NCBI GenBank assembly: GCA_002189035.1
Contig: NEEC01000007.1
Span: 930,001 to 994,000, forward strand
DNA from: Utricularia gibba
Taxonomy: Eukaryota > Plantae > Magnoliophyta
Direction: 5' to 3'
DNA: 64,000 nucleotides
The notes beneath the pieces are model-generated. The model was not told where the DNA came from and did no database searches. It saw nothing but the letters and a program-made list of their open reading frames with translations. Numbering within the stretch: position 1 is the first letter of the stretch; every line of letters begins with the position of its first letter. The translations under genes and the position numbers were made by a program. Positions 11,054 through 28,400 of this stretch are shown piece by piece.

Positions 11054-11091
11054 TGGGCTTCCACCTGAATCATTAAAGCCCATAAGGCCCA
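11054..11091. promoter_or_regulatory. Site II (TGGGCY) cluster upstream of DEG10
   Basis: TGGGCT 11054, AGCCCA 11078, GGCCCA 11086. Confidence 0.55.
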
Positions 11092-11162
11092 GCGCTTCAG
11101 TTTCCCCCTTTCAGGTACGTCTTCTACAGCGCCTCATTGCAGGTTTCAGCTTTATTGGCGAG

Positions 11163-14022
<2,860 letters not shown>

Positions 14023-15031
14023 TTCATTCCTACAGTTTTTATCTGCTTGTTAGAGGAGAAAACAAGCATCGCCTGTGGGGTTTTGATCTGGTCCAGTGAC
14101 CCCCCACCCGCGACATTCATGTTGAAGGTGACTTGACTCATTCCTGGTCCCTTGTAAATCCTGTGACTCCGACCACATACTACGTGAACGCCAAAACTCC
14201 AGCAAACTGTCTGCTAAACGGCAAGTGAAACCAAGAGCCTGAGAGTTAAGCATTTTTTTTAACAACAAAAAAGTGATTAATTAGGATATTTATTTCAAAA
14301 TTGGTTTCAATCCATTTTTCGATTTTTTTATTTTTTTCAATGAATTACTGAATGAATTACATTAATAAAATAGCTGGCGTTATATAGAATAGTAATAAAT
14401 AATTAAATATTTAGCGGACAGGGACGTAGGCACGGTGCTGCTTATTTCCAAATATGTCAATGGACATTCAATGCCCTTCACCATTGGTGACATGCAGCGC
14501 GAATCAAGGCCACTCAGGAGGTTAAAAAGGTGAATTCCCCATTTTTCACCCTCAGACAACCTGATCGCCCCCCACCTTAAACTCCTACATGCTCCCTGCT
14601 TCAAAATGGACTAAAATTGTAATAGACGATATTGAATCATCATTAATGGATCGAGTTTCAAATGTGTTGAATTGCATGGAAGTTTGGAACCTTCCCTTAC
14701 AATCAAAATGATATTTTTGGAGGTTTGCTTTTATCTTGTTAGCAGGGAATGCATGCATTCATGGTCATCTGTAATGGAGCATTGCAATTTATGATCTTAC
14801 TACCCTTTTGGATGAAAGGTAAATGTGTTGTGTTTCTGGTGCTACTGACAAGCATCATCAATCAGGTACCGAGATGTCTGTCCAACGTTGACTGGACTCT
14901 TCTGTAATAAACCAAAAGGAGTATCACCACAGGCACTCATCGTCGTCTTCATCGCCACTTTCTATCTAATTCCTCTCTTTCCCCTGCCTTGTTTGCTCAC
15001 TTTCTCCTCCACTGCACTCCCCCTTTGCCTC

Positions 15032-15737
15032 ATGGCTGCTTCTGCTATCACTGCTGTAAGTTCTCTCGTCTTATTACAACTCTGTTTCCTCGTTCCCATT
15101 GCCAATCTCTTGCTTTCGTTCTTCCCAGATTCAGATTCCTCCCTTTGGGGACTGGGAAACAGCAAGCCAGCTTCCCATAACCCAGTACTTCGAGTGTGCA
15201 AGGCAAGCTGGTTTATTTCGCTGTAGCTGCCGTGTACCTGAAGGCTGTGCTTATGGGCTGCACTTGGATGGCACGCAGAGTCGCAAGATGTCTGAACCAA
15301 AGGTCCAGTTTTTACTGTTTTCCGTGTTCTTTTTTCCACCTCTTCTGAGATTAAAAAAAATGTGATCTTTAGATAAGGGAAGCAAGTTTTACAGACGAGA
15401 AACAAGCAAAACAAAGGATGAAAGAGAGCACCTCCCAAAGATCCTCCGTCACCGTCACCCCAGTTGATGAAGATCTCTACAAGATTTCCCCGGCGGTTCT
15501 CCGGAAAACTAAGCGAGTAAGTTCTTTTTCACATGAACAAAACCTTTGTTCGCCATTCTTGGGATTCTCTTCCAAAGACCGAAACTTTTGATTCTTGAAA
15601 AAGGTTGGCCCTTTTTCAAGAACCCATGAACCATAAAATATTCCATGCTCCTGATCTGATGCTGTTCGATCAAAAAAATACAGAGACAGATCTTGGGGTT
15701 CTTATCAAGATGCATGGCGCCACTGTGCAGTGCATGA
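15032..15737 (+). CDS. Small RIN4/NOI-like protein with AvrRpt2-cleavage-type motif (131 aa)
   Basis: Exons 15032-15055, 15129-15302, 15373-15516, 15684-15737 splice in frame. Motifs IPPFGDW, LPITQYFECARQAG and VDEDLYKISP, with C-terminal FLSRCMAPLCSA. Confidence 0.82.
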
Positions 15738-17101
15738 ATCCAACGTCAGTTTCTTCTAGCCCCGGAAGCCACGGACAAGATTACCAACTGAGCTGTAGAC
15801 CTCGATTATGCCGTACTTCCTCCCCTGTTTAATCCCTAATTAAAAGATGCAGCAGCCTGATCAACGGACTTCAATTCTGCAGTATTTAGGCCCAAGATTG
15901 GCCCAAATTCCAAATGTACTTATCTAGATAATGGGCAATTTATTCTCCAAGTAAATAAAAACCCAAATCCAAGAGTCAGGCCCATTAATTTCAATTGTAA
16001 TAAATGCAAAATAAAATATATTGTACCAAGCCCTCCACTGCCATTATTCTCTTTAATTGCCGAGGCTGATTTTTAAATTTTAAAATAATAATCATAATTC
16101 GTATTTTTAAACATTAATATGTTATTACTTTACTGACAGGCCGTGTACTTAGAGCCGGAAATAGGCGTACAAGGCCATGGGCCTAACCCATTTTTTAAAA
16201 GGCAATTGCGGCCTAGGCCCATCTAGTGCCCGGCCACGTGGAGCCACACCAATTATCAGCTCAATTATTGATGTCATTTTTTATTTAAATTCAATATTTT
16301 TTAATTATATTCAAAATATTTGAAAAAACAGAAAATTGTTGTTTACATAATTTGAATTCAATCTCCAATTTAATCATGAATTTAGGTTACATTGAACTTA
16401 TAATTTTAAAATATTAATTGTCAAACATAAAAAAGTTAAAAATGATTACCTTTGGAGGCATTTAATTCCCAGCAATAGAAGAGTAGGGCGGGCATGACGA
16501 GGGGCTGGCCCGGCCGCTCATTCCCGGAGCGGGAGCAGGGCGTCCTCCCTAATATTCCCAAATTATTGCCCTCGCTCCCGAAGTGCATGTGATCTTGACG
16601 GCACCTACGCCCCCCTAAATGGCCACCCTTTTGATGGTGCAACGCAATAATTTGCAAATTTGATCACCCTTTTGAAAAAAATGTGACTCATGCTTGTTTT
16701 CCGCATGCAAATCTATAGTATGAATGTGGTTTGTTGACGAATCCGGAATTGGGTATTGATTTTTTAGACTGGAAGAAGTATTGGTAAAAATGAAGATGTG
16801 GGTGTGCTGTTGAGCAATGTTGATCAAAATGGTGTGGGGAGTGAATGGGAATGAGTAAACGAGTATGTATTGTTGCATTGTGTTTTGAATATGCTTCATG
16901 GTTGGTCCTCCACTCGTGGGTGCACGTTTGGGATGCTGAGTGGGGAGGGGTGTGGTGTGGTGGAGCTCTGACCTTAGAGGGGGAGCCATTTAATGCCACC
17001 GCATTCTCTGGATGTGTTTCTTTATTTGTAGTAGTAGCTATAAAGGCAGCTCCAGTTTCACTTACAGACATAGCAGCGGCGCTCCTGGTTCCTCAGACAA
17101 G

Positions 17102-18515
17102 ATGGGATCCACTCAGCGTCTTGTGTTCCTCTTCTTGGTCCTCACAAGCTTCCAGCTTCGTGCACATGCGAGGAAGAGAGGAGACAACACTGCCTTCTTT
17201 GTGTTTGGTGACTCTTTGGTTGATAATGGAAACAATAACTTCTTGGCTACCACGGCGAGAGCTGATTCCGCTCCCTATGGCATCGATTATCCCGGCCACC
17301 GCGCCACCGGCCGCTTCTCCAACGGCCTTAACATCCCCGATATCATCAGTAAACACAGATACACATTTGTAGTGATTGCACGGTTCGCCACCATTCCACT
17401 TCCAGTTTATATGATTTTCAATTTGGATAGGTGAGCATTTTGGATGGGAGCCGACGTTGCCTTATCTGAGCCCGGATCTTCATGGGGAGAAGCTCCTGGT
17501 GGGGGCCAACTTTGCGTCCGCCGGAGTCGGAGTTCTCAACGATACCGGAGTGCAATTCGTAAGTAACCTGCAGAAAGTGTAAGCGGCTCACGACATGAAG
17601 GCTGACGAGTGTTTGTGCAGGTGAACATCATAAAGGTTTACCAGCAGCTCAACTTCTTCCGTCAGTATCAGCAGAGGCTGAGCGCGTTGATCGGACGGCA
17701 GCAGGCGGTGAGACGGGTCAAGAGCTCATTGGTACTGATCACTCTTGGAGGAAACGACTTCGTGAACAACTACTATCTGTTTCCTTACTCCATGAGATCC
17801 CAGCAATACACTCTCGAAGCCTACGTCCCCTTCGTTATTTCCGAGTACAAGAAGGTTCTCAAGGTTAGTAATGGCACATTACAGTTCCCCCCATAATATG
17901 TATGTGTGTTTAACTGCTGATGTGAACGACGATAGAGACTCTATGCACTGGGAGCACGGCGGGTTATAGTGACCGGTAACGGGCCGTTGGGGTGTGTACC
18001 GGCGGAGCTGGCACTGCACAGCATCGACGGCGAATGCTCCGATGAATTGCAGAAGGCGGCCGGACTGTGGAACCCTCAGCTAGTAACCATGCTAAGTCAG
18101 CTCAACCATGAAATTGGTTACAACGTATTTCTAGCAGCCAACACCCACCAAATGCACAATGACTTCTTGACCAATCCCAAGCAATTCGGTGAGAAAAAAA
18201 AAAACAAACTTGCTGATATTCATCATCATCATCATCATCACAGAGCAGATGTTAAGTAATTTGGATTGCTTATCATCAGGTTTCAAGACTTCCAAAGAAG
18301 CTTGCTGCGGACAAGGGCCATTCAATGGGCTGGGACTATGCACCTCGTCCTCGAACCTGTGCAAGAACAGGGACGAGTACGTCTTCTGGGATGCGTTTCA
18401 CCCATCGGAGAAGGCCAACCGGCTGATCGCTCAGCAGATCCTGATGGGATCCCTCGACTACATGCACCCCATGAACCTCTCCGCTGCCATGGCCCGCAGC
18501 GAGATCATCCACTGA
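17102..18515 (+). CDS. GDSL esterase/lipase (LTL1/At5g33370-like), secreted
   Basis: Exons 17102-17348, 17431-17558, 17621-17863, 17936-18188, 18280-18515. [25 protein letters not shown] and FWDAFHP blocks. Signal peptide present. Confidence 0.95.
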
Positions 18516-19368
18516 ACCTCATCATTTTGTATTGAAGAAGTGCCCACCCACACCTACTGTATCATTCATTAGCAATAAACCAATGTAATCGGAATCACTC
18601 CCTTTTATCATTTACCAAGGCTCAATTTCACTCCAATCAGCACCAATGATAATTTTTTTGAAAGTAGATCACACTTACTTTTTATCGTAATTATGATCAC
18701 TTTGTAGTTTATATAATATTATTTAATTTAGAAATTCAATTTTTACGATTTTACGTTATTTTTTTTTAAAAAAATGATTCTGTTATTTAAGTACGACCCT
18801 TCTTTTTGGTATACAATCATTAGGTCCGCTGATCTTATAAATTTATAGTTGAAATTATTTATTGGGATTTTTAATATCTATGGAAATATTTGATCTTTGT
18901 AATGAAAATATTTAAAATTAAATAATTCCAGGAGTTTGAAGGCTTTTTATGCCGACGTGTCGAAAGAGGAATAAAAATATGTGAATTATTAATACGTATT
19001 AAAATGTTAAAATGAATTAGAAATATGATTAAATAGAATGTAAAAACCCAACTGGATGAGGTTATGATGAGTCCGATGTTGTCCAAAGCCAGCCCATTGG
19101 ACTGGAAACTACGGACACGCTCTATGGAAATAAGACCGCGAAGCTCCGTCGCCACTGCCGCAGCAGAGTGACGGCCAAATTGGTCGCCGATTGCATCGTT
19201 TTTTCGTCTCTTCCATTTTGTCGCACCGTCTTCTGTTGCAAGTGGCAACCCCAGTGAAAAGTAATCATCAGTAGACGACATTTGTTTCAGTTTTTCAAGA
19301 AAAGTCATCTTCAACGGATGCATCATAACTGGGTTGCTACTGTTGTATTATTTGTAGTACAATTCCTA

Positions 19369-19377
19369 AAACCCTAA
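19369..19377 (+). promoter_or_regulatory. Telo-box in the GCN1 5' region
   Basis: AAACCCTAA about 35 nt before the ATG; telo-boxes are typical of plant translation-related genes. Confidence 0.55.
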
Positions 19378-19409
19378 ATTTGCTTCCGGCTTCGGCCGCT
19401 GTTGATCAA

Positions 19410-22400
19410 ATGGAGACACTAAAGGCGGTTGCTTTATCAGTCTCTTCGCCATCTACGCGCACCCGTATTCAGATGTTCCGTTACCAGATTCTCCCCGTTC
19501 TTGAGACTACAGGTATCTACTGCTCGTGCATTTGAGCCCAACCTTGTGTTTGAATTGGGTTTGGTGATGTGTAGTTGAACATACGGAATGCCTGTTGCAA
19601 TGATTGAAACGTTTTGCATGAGTCACATTCTTGATTGCTTCAAAGCTAATTCATATCTTGATTTTTTGTGGTGGATATATCCCTTGCTACCCTTTATTCC
19701 ACTGCTTGACGGTATTGAAAGCATATTTCTTTGTTTACTATTTCATCTGGCTTTGATGTCAAAAATATTGAAACATTGGATTCCATGTCGTGTATAGTTA
19801 TTTTTTTGAACTGAATTTTGTCAACAATATTCAGTCGGCTAATGTATGGTTCTTCAGATTCTTCTCTGGCATCATTGGACTTTGTGACGCAGTTGGTTGA
19901 TCTAATCTTTCAAACGCTGCATATATATGACGATCGTGGATCAAGGAAAGCTGTTGATGATGTCATTATCAAGGCCCTGAGTAGAGATGAATTTATGAAA
20001 ACCTTTGCAGGAACTCTACTGCAGACCATGGAAAGGCATTCGAAATTACAGTCTCTTACAGGAGCCTATAGGCTTCTGCAGTGGTCCTGTTTCCTTCTAA
20101 TTCATTGCCCTTTTTCCTTGTTATCAAAGAATGCACTGTTAAGATTAGTCCTTGCGCAAGCATCCCTACTTCATATTGTCATGGAAGGTTCATTTCACAT
20201 AAGAAGGGCCTGCAAGAAAGCTTTTTTCCATTTGCTTTCCAAGGTTTCATTTTTATCCGAGTATTCTTGTAGATTTTGTTTGAACTTTCTCATTTCATAA
20301 TTTTGTATAATCTGATTTTATTCCTCCAGTTACCAGACATGTACAAGACTTACATAGAAGAGTTGAAGGAGGGGAGGATTCATTCCAGAGATGTTCCAGA
20401 TCTGATATATGTCATGCTTGATTTTTCACAGTCGAAGCCTGATTTGTTTGTCAAATGGAAGGTACTTACAGTTGTGACATTAGTTGCTCAGGATTTAATT
20501 GATATTTGGGCTGACATCACTCTGTTGATTTTTCAGGATACGTATGTTGAGATATATGTAAAATCAGCATTAAATGCGAAGGAAAAGCCTACAAATAGTC
20601 TTAGTGAAGCCTTTTTTCCAGTATTTGCATGTCTCTCACATGAAGATTTCAAGAGCTCTGTACTTCCCTTGTCTATAAAAATGTTGAAAAGGAACCCAGA
20701 GATTGTTCTTGAATCAGTAGTTTTTCTTTTGAAATCTGTAAATATTGACTTAAGTAAGTATGCTGCTGATATTCTTGCGGCTGTAGTATTGCAAGCTATG
20801 CATGCAGATGAAGGAAGAAGGGCTGCTGCTTTAGCTTTAATTAGGTGCTTGAGCCAAAAATCCAGCAGCCCTGATGCTGTTGAATCTATGTTTAGCACGA
20901 TCAAGTCCGTGATGGGAGGTCATTTTCTGATACTTAATCTTATCTAAAAGAGATTATTCTAGTGGAGCTGAGTTTTTTTTCCTCTACTTTGGAATTGCCT
21001 CTTATGTAATGATAATTCTGTTATCTAATGATAAAAAAAGGATATAACTTCAACAGGTTCAGAAGGCAGACTTGCTTTTCCATATCAGAGAGTTGGCATG
21101 ATATGTGCGCTGAGAGAAATATCGCATGCCCCTGTTGGAAAACACTTCAGTGACATGGTTCCCGCTGTATGTGGATTTTTGATGTTGTGTTACTCTGATG
21201 ACGGTGGGTCTGTACTTTATAATATGCAAAAAATATACATATATATTTCCTTTAATCTATGTTCCGTCTTCATGTAAGTCTAAAATGTCAGTTCTCTGAT
21301 TTTGCAATTGATTACCTCGAGAGTGCTTGCCTTAGAAAGTGAACACTCTTCTTTCCTGGTGGAAAAAAATTATCCATTTTTTGCTTGCAGGAAATGAAGA
21401 TGTGAAACTTGCAATATTGTCAGCGCTAGGACCCTGGGCTGTGAAATCAGCAGATGCTATATCTCCAAACTTAGTTACATTCTGCATTTCTGGTCTGAAA
21501 GAGAAAGAATCTCTTAGAAGGGGCTATCTTCGTTTTCTCAGGTTGATTTGTAAAAATTCTGATTGTGTAATACAGGTAAGGTTTTTAGCAGTGAATTTTG
21601 TTTCTGTTGTATGTAGTCTTTGGCTTTTTATAATAACTTAAAAGTCTTAATTTTCCGGAAGCAGATTGCACCTTTAGCAATTCACCTAGTCCAACTGGTC
21701 AAATCTGGCTTTACTAGGGCAACACAAAGATTGGATGGCATCTATTCTCTTCAATGTTTGCTGAAAATTGCTCTCGTCGATGTCAAAACAGGTTATAATT
21801 GGCTTTAATATGATATGATCAGTGCTGATGAAGGTTTCCAATTTTTTTCGTTCACTATCATATTTGATCTCCTTTCCATGTTACATTATTTATCAGATGA
21901 AATTCTGTCCAAGGAGAAGATTTGGCAGCTAATATTGATAAATGAACCAACAGTTATTCAGATTTCTTTGGTCAGTTTCACCATTCGAAATTCTTCTCGC
22001 AACTTCATTTGGCAATTCGGCTGGACAATTATTCATCACTGAAAATTTTTTATGGGAAAAAACCTGTTTATCTATAATTGAATTTTAAAAATTGTTTATC
22101 AATTACTCATAGTTGCTTCAATTTGATGAGAGAAGCGAGAAAGTATCCATTAGGATCTACATTAAATATTTTGCTTCTTTTTTTTGTGAAAGAAACCATT
22201 TCATTTATTTTCTGTCTAGACAGGCTATTCGAACATATTTTTTGCATTCAATTTATTTCAGGCATCAAGACTTTCTGTTGAGGACTTAATTGCATGTGTT
22301 GACCTTGTTGAAGTTATATTTATGGAAAATTTCCAAAGGTAGGTTCGAAACACACTTGAAATGTTTTGTTGAGCCCTCATGTTCTTTAATTAAAACGGCA

Positions 22401-25400
22401 GCCTGGTTAAGATGTGCATTTCTATAAGCTTCCCTGATAAGAGTTGGTTAATGTCTCCATTTTGTGTAGGCAACTGGAGAGTTGTCATATCAAATCCCTT
22501 CTCCAGGTTATCAGTAATTCCACTCCTTTGTGTTTTGGCTTTTTTTGAGAAATTAATTTAGTTTTATGATATTTCAGTTTATGTTGCTTTTGTTGTGCCA
22601 TCCAACCTGGGATATAAGAAAGGCTGCAGAGGGTGCCATCAGAAAGATTCTTAGGACATCTCCTCAATTACATCTGACCATGTTGGTGGAATGCTCAAAT
22701 TATTTCTCTACAGTTGGAGATAAGGCTAATCTTCTGAATATGAGGTGGCATTTATTGTTTGTATTCTATCCTAATGCTTTTGAATTGGAGTATTTTAGAG
22801 TGAGTCATACTTTTTTTTTGTTACTTGGGTAAAAGTTTGTGAACCATCCTTTTTTTAGATCCCCCTTAATTTTATGTAATCAAACTTCTATTTAATAAAT
22901 TTCTTTGATGCTCAGTGATGCTGAAAATGTATTGGATTCTCAAATACCATTTCTTCCACCTGTTGAGGTTATGGTGAGGGCATTGCTTGTGGTAGCATCA
23001 GCTGCATTGCCAAGTGCATCGGATGTTCTTTTGCTGCTGCTCCTTTGTTCACATCATCCTTACACCATTGGGAACGGGAGAAGAGATTCAGTTTGGAGGG
23101 TACTTTTTTTCCTAATTTGTGGTTGATAATTTGGTAAATTTATTTTTTCAGATGCCTGGATTGACACTTTCCTTTTCTTCAAACTTGTTTCCGAACTACC
23201 ATATTTATAAGCAGAGAAAGAAACTGACACTTTTGATTTTCCAGAGGGTCCGAAAGTGTGTGCAGAAATCTGGCTCTGAAGTTATAGGCCTTTGCTCTGC
23301 TAATTCTGGTGAATTATTGAAGGTACTTTTCCTTATCATATGTAACTGTTACTTGTCTGTAACATCTGAATATAGAGCGTTGCTCATTTTACATTTGTAA
23401 AATAACTGATTTTGGTTGTCCTATTACTGATGGCCAAATCCATCTTACTTTTTCTCTGTTTATGATTTCGTGTACACTTTTTCCATTATAGTACCCAGCA
23501 TACCTTCACTGGTGACTGTAAAATCAGTGCAGGCTAATTTCTTATACAAATGAAAGGCTTATTATTGAGTTTCTTCTACTTCAGAGTAAGTTATTTATAT
23601 TTTTTCCTGTTTTTTTTTTATGTAGGCCTTTTTAGGTGTGAACGGGTTGAACAGTTCGAATCATCTTGAAAAGGAAGCTGCTATAAATGCTCTGCATACC
23701 TTAATGTCTATCATGCCTGGGGACACTTATTCACATTTCAAGGAGGTTTGCCACACGCTTTTTTTCCTGCTCTTTTATGAACATTCATCATTTTCATTTC
23801 TTTAATGGAATTCTTCACTCGTGCAGCTCTTTGTAAATCTTCCGGATCTTTTTGCACATGATGATCTTTCAGAATATGATATTCAGGTTATATTTTTTAC
23901 TCCTCTTTGTTTACAATTGATTCTAATTTGATTGTGTAAATGGAAAATTAAAATAAATTTAGCTTCTTTCCATGAAAAAGAAATTAAACAAACTTATCAG
24001 GCTGATGTAGAATGTAAATGAACTGGTATTTAATGTCTACATCCCGATTCCTTGTTATAACCTAAGATTTGGCTTTGTTTTGCTGCCACAGCGTTTCTCT
24101 TTGACCTTTTTTCTTTTTAATCTGGAATTTCATATTTCCCATTATTTTAGGTTTTTAATACGCCTGAGGGAATGCTTTCCACCGAGCAACGGCTCTACAT
24201 TGGGGAGTCAGTCGTTTCTCAAGATGTGTATCAAAATGTCAGTATGGAAATTTTCTCACAAAGTATGTAAAGTTTGCATGTATTTTTTTCCCATATTAAG
24301 GTTCTGTTTTACTTCAGGAGCGAGCTAGACCTAATCTCTCAGTGAAGAGGGATACACGCAATAAGGAGGCTAGTGGTCATGGGAAAAGGGATGCTTCAAA
24401 ACCTACAAAGAAACCTGGCATGTCATCACACAACTATTATCTGAGATTTGTACCTTTATGCATAAGATTAGTCATCCTTGTTCAAAGGAGAATAACATTT
24501 TGTTCACATAAAAATGCTCAAACACAGCTTTTTTTTTTTTTTTTTGGCTTATGTCTGTAGAAAAGGCAAAAACAGCCAAGGAAGAGGCCCGAGAATTGCA
24601 GCTTAAAGAAGAGGGTATCATTCGTGGTAAAGTCCAGGTCATTCAGAAGAATATTTCGCTGATGCTTGTGGCTCTGGGGAAATGGCATTGGCCAATCCTA
24701 TATTCATGCACAGCCAGCTTCCTTCCTTGGTTAGTTTTCAGTGTTGGTAGCTTCAATATTTTTTCCATACCTTTGTATGATAAAATTGTGTATTATTGGT
24801 TTCTCTAGCATTTCCTTTTTCATTTGGAGATGATGGCTTAATAATTAGTGTAACCTTCTTTTGTTTCATATTTCCATTTTGGCTGTGAGAAAATGTCTTT
24901 CTCCAACAATATTTTTTTCTTACAAAATCATGATTGTGTAGGTGAGACTTGTCAGCCCTTTACTTTGTTCCCCAATCGTTGGTGATGCTGCCTTCAGTGC
25001 ATTAGTAAAACTTGCAAAATGTACCATTGATCCTCTCTCCAACTGGGGACTCGAAATTGCAACTGCATTGCGTCTGACTGTGACAGAAGAAAGTAACGTA
25101 CTATGGGAGCTGTTGAGGTCTAGTGGCGAAGAGTACAATGAAGTGCCATCACCGAATCTTTTTGAACGTTTTGCAAATGGATTGACCATTTCCTGCAAAT
25201 CTGGCCCCCTCCCTGTTGATTCATTTACATTTATATTCCCGGTATTTTCCTGTTCTCAGTTGTGTTTTGATTAGTGTTGTGCGTGCGTATCTGATATGAA
25301 GGTCTTGTTTTTTGTTTCAGATAATGGAGAAGATACTGCTCTCTCCTAAAAAGACTGCTTTTCATGACACAGTTCTCCAGATTCTTTTCCTGCATTTGGA

Positions 25401-28400
25401 TCCTATCTTGCCTCTCCCAAGGATTCGTATGCTATCAGTTATGGCTGTCAAATAAATTTCCTATTAACTTTGTTCATTTAATTCTCAGATTTTCAAATTG
25501 GCTGGTATTTATTGTGTAGGTCCTATACCACGTTCTCGGTGTTGTCCCAGCTTACCAGTTATCAATCTGCCCGGCATTGAATGAGCTGTGTCTTGGTCTA
25601 CCATCAGATGATGTGGCCTCTGTATGACTCGTTGGTTCCTTTTTCCTTGAGAATCTCTTTTGCAGCCAAATTTATGTTATTTTGTTTGCCGTTTCGTAGG
25701 CATTATGCGGTGTTTATGCTAAGGACGCTCATGTTAGAACTGCATGCTTAAAAGCTGTAAAATGTATACCTGCTGTCTCCAATTGTTCTATTATTCAAAA
25801 CACAGAGGTTGCGACCAGCATATGGCTTGCGCTTCACGACATGGATAAGGTGTAGTTTCTCTGGACCTCTTCATGTATGCTCAAAGTTTATTAGGTTTTT
25901 ATATGGTTGCTCTTTGTGTTCAGTCTGTTGCAGAAATTGCAGAAGAAATTTGGGATTGTTACGGACACGAGTTTGGGACTGATTATTCTGGGCTTTATAA
26001 AGCACTTTCGCATGTCAATTATAATGTCCGGGTTGCTGCTGCAGATGCACTTGCTGCTGCTTTGGATGAAAATCCAGATACAATACAAGTAATTTTCTTA
26101 TTTTTTATGTTCTTTATATGCCATGACTTTGCATCATAAGCTTTCACTTTTTTCCTCGATGTAGGAAGCCCTATCAAGTTTGTTTTCTCTGTATCTCCAT
26201 AACGTTGGACCTGATGAAGGAAATGTTGGTGCTGGTTGGGTTGGAAGACAGGGGATTTCCTTGGCTTTGCTCTGTAGTGCAGATGTCCTTAGAACCAAGG
26301 ATCTTCCAGTTGCTATGACATTCCTAATTTCGAGAGCAGTGGTACTTGAACTATACACCATGATTGTGTCAACCTGACTTTTGGAAGAAATGTTATATGG
26401 ACTTTCTATTTGTGTCAATGGGGCAATTTATTTTCTTTTGGAGTGCTGCTCTGCCAAGTTTATAGCTGATCACTGTCTACGATGTGATGATTATAGGCTG
26501 ACCCAGATGCAGATGTTAGAGGAAGGATGATCGATGCTGGTATTCTCATTATTGACAAGCATGGAAAAGAGAATGTTTCATTATTATTTCCCATATTTGA
26601 GAATTACTTAAACAAAAAAGTGAGTTAGCCTAGTATTTAACATCATTTATTTCAACTACTTTGCATTTTTATACTAAACATCGCATGAATGTTCTTTATA
26701 TCTTGATTCTTTCATATACTATTTTGATTCCTCAGCAGGCTATCAATGAGGAAAAATATGATTTGGTTCGGGAAGGTGTGGTCATATTCACAGGAGCACT
26801 CGCAAAACATTTGTCCAAGGTTTTGTCCCTGAGTTAAATGAGCATATTTGTGTTTTAGTTTGTTTATCCTGATACTTCATTTATTTGGATCACATTTATC
26901 AGGAAGACCCTAAGGTCCATGCAGTAGTGGAGAAGTTGCTGGATGTCCTAAATACTCCTTCAGAGGCAGTACAGCGAGCAGTTTCTGCTTGCCTTTCTCC
27001 ACTAATGCAATCTAAGCAGGTGTGTGGCAATTTCATATTAGATTTCATGACACTTATTAATAGGTGTATCTGTTGATGGCTATGAATTTCTGTAAGGTAA
27101 GAATCAGAAATTCGTGTTAACTCAGAATTTATACAAAAATTTACAACTACAGGGTACCATGCTAGTATACAAATTGAATATCTCATGTCAGTCATGTTTT
27201 CCTCTCCTTGATATTAATGACAGTGGCGTTGTGATTGCTTGCCACCTTAATCTATTGTGTTGACAAATTTAATGTCATGCCAGAGCTAACTCTTGTTGTA
27301 CTGTTTGATAGAATCTGTATATTGAAAACGTTTAATTGGTGGTAAATGTATTCATGAACATGGATCCACATTTAACCCACAATATATTAAAACAAACAGC
27401 CATCTGGAATCATAAACCGAGAAGACTACTCTGTTTGGTTTTTTTTTGTGTGTGTGTTCTACCTTCCTGCGTAATTTTTGTATTATCATGTCTACATCAG
27501 GAAGTGGCAGGTCCTCTCATTTCCAGACTGCTCGACCAACTGATGAACAGAGATAAATATGGTGACCGTCGTGGTGCGGCATTTGGGCTAGCTGGGGTTA
27601 TCAAGGGTTTTGGAATATCATGTATAAGGAAATTTGGTGTTCTAACTGCCTTACGAGATGGCCTGTTAAACAGGTCTGATTTAATTTCCTCTTATGTAGG
27701 CTACTGCATGGAAAATCTCTCATGAGCGTTTTTCTAATATTCAATCTTCTTGTTTGCATTATTTTTACTTGTTAAAAAATAGCCAGAATTTATTTATCTT
27801 CTTAATCCCTTTTCTTTTTTTTTTTGTTTTACTTCAATGAAGCCGCACTAGAAACACTTTCTGTAGTCACTAGCGAAGTTGTGATGACTACTATCTAGAT
27901 TATTGCATGGACTAACTGCCCATGCCATCATTGCAATGCAGGAATTCTGCGAAGAGTCGAGAAGGATCTTTGATGGCCCTTGAATGCCTTTGTGAAAAGC
28001 TGGGAAGATTATTTGAACCGTGAGTTTTTGTAGATGTTGATTTCTAACATTTGGCTGTCTGTGATTCAGGAAGCATAGTAATGTCGCATTCGCTTTATGT
28101 TTATTCAGGTACATGATTCAAATGCTACCTCTCCTTTTAGTATCATTCTCTGATCAAGTAGTTGCTGTTCGAGAAGCTTCAGAGGGTGCTGCTCGTGCAA
28201 TGATGTCCCAACTCAGTGCTCAAGGAGTCAAACTTGTTCTTCCTTCTCTTCTGAAGGTCTGTTGTCTAACCTATTTTTCATGGTGAACTTCTCATTGTTT
28301 ATTTATTTCAGTCTCCTGAAGCTTAACATTTTAGGGTGACTGTGAAAAAAATCTCAAGTTTTGCAGTTTTTGTCAGTTAATGTTAGCTTTGTATTCCAGG

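Noticed and set aside
16139-16600. GGCC-rich imperfect inverted termini (16139-16236) and a GC stem near 16530-16582 as MITEs
   Set aside because: The termini are imperfect, with no TSD and no second copy in the window.
19058-19120. ATGATGAGTCC...GGACTGGAAAC resembling a hammerhead core or a C/D box snoRNA start
   Set aside because: It lacks the CUGAUGA core, has extra bases before GAAA, and no D box (CTGA) lies at a suitable distance.
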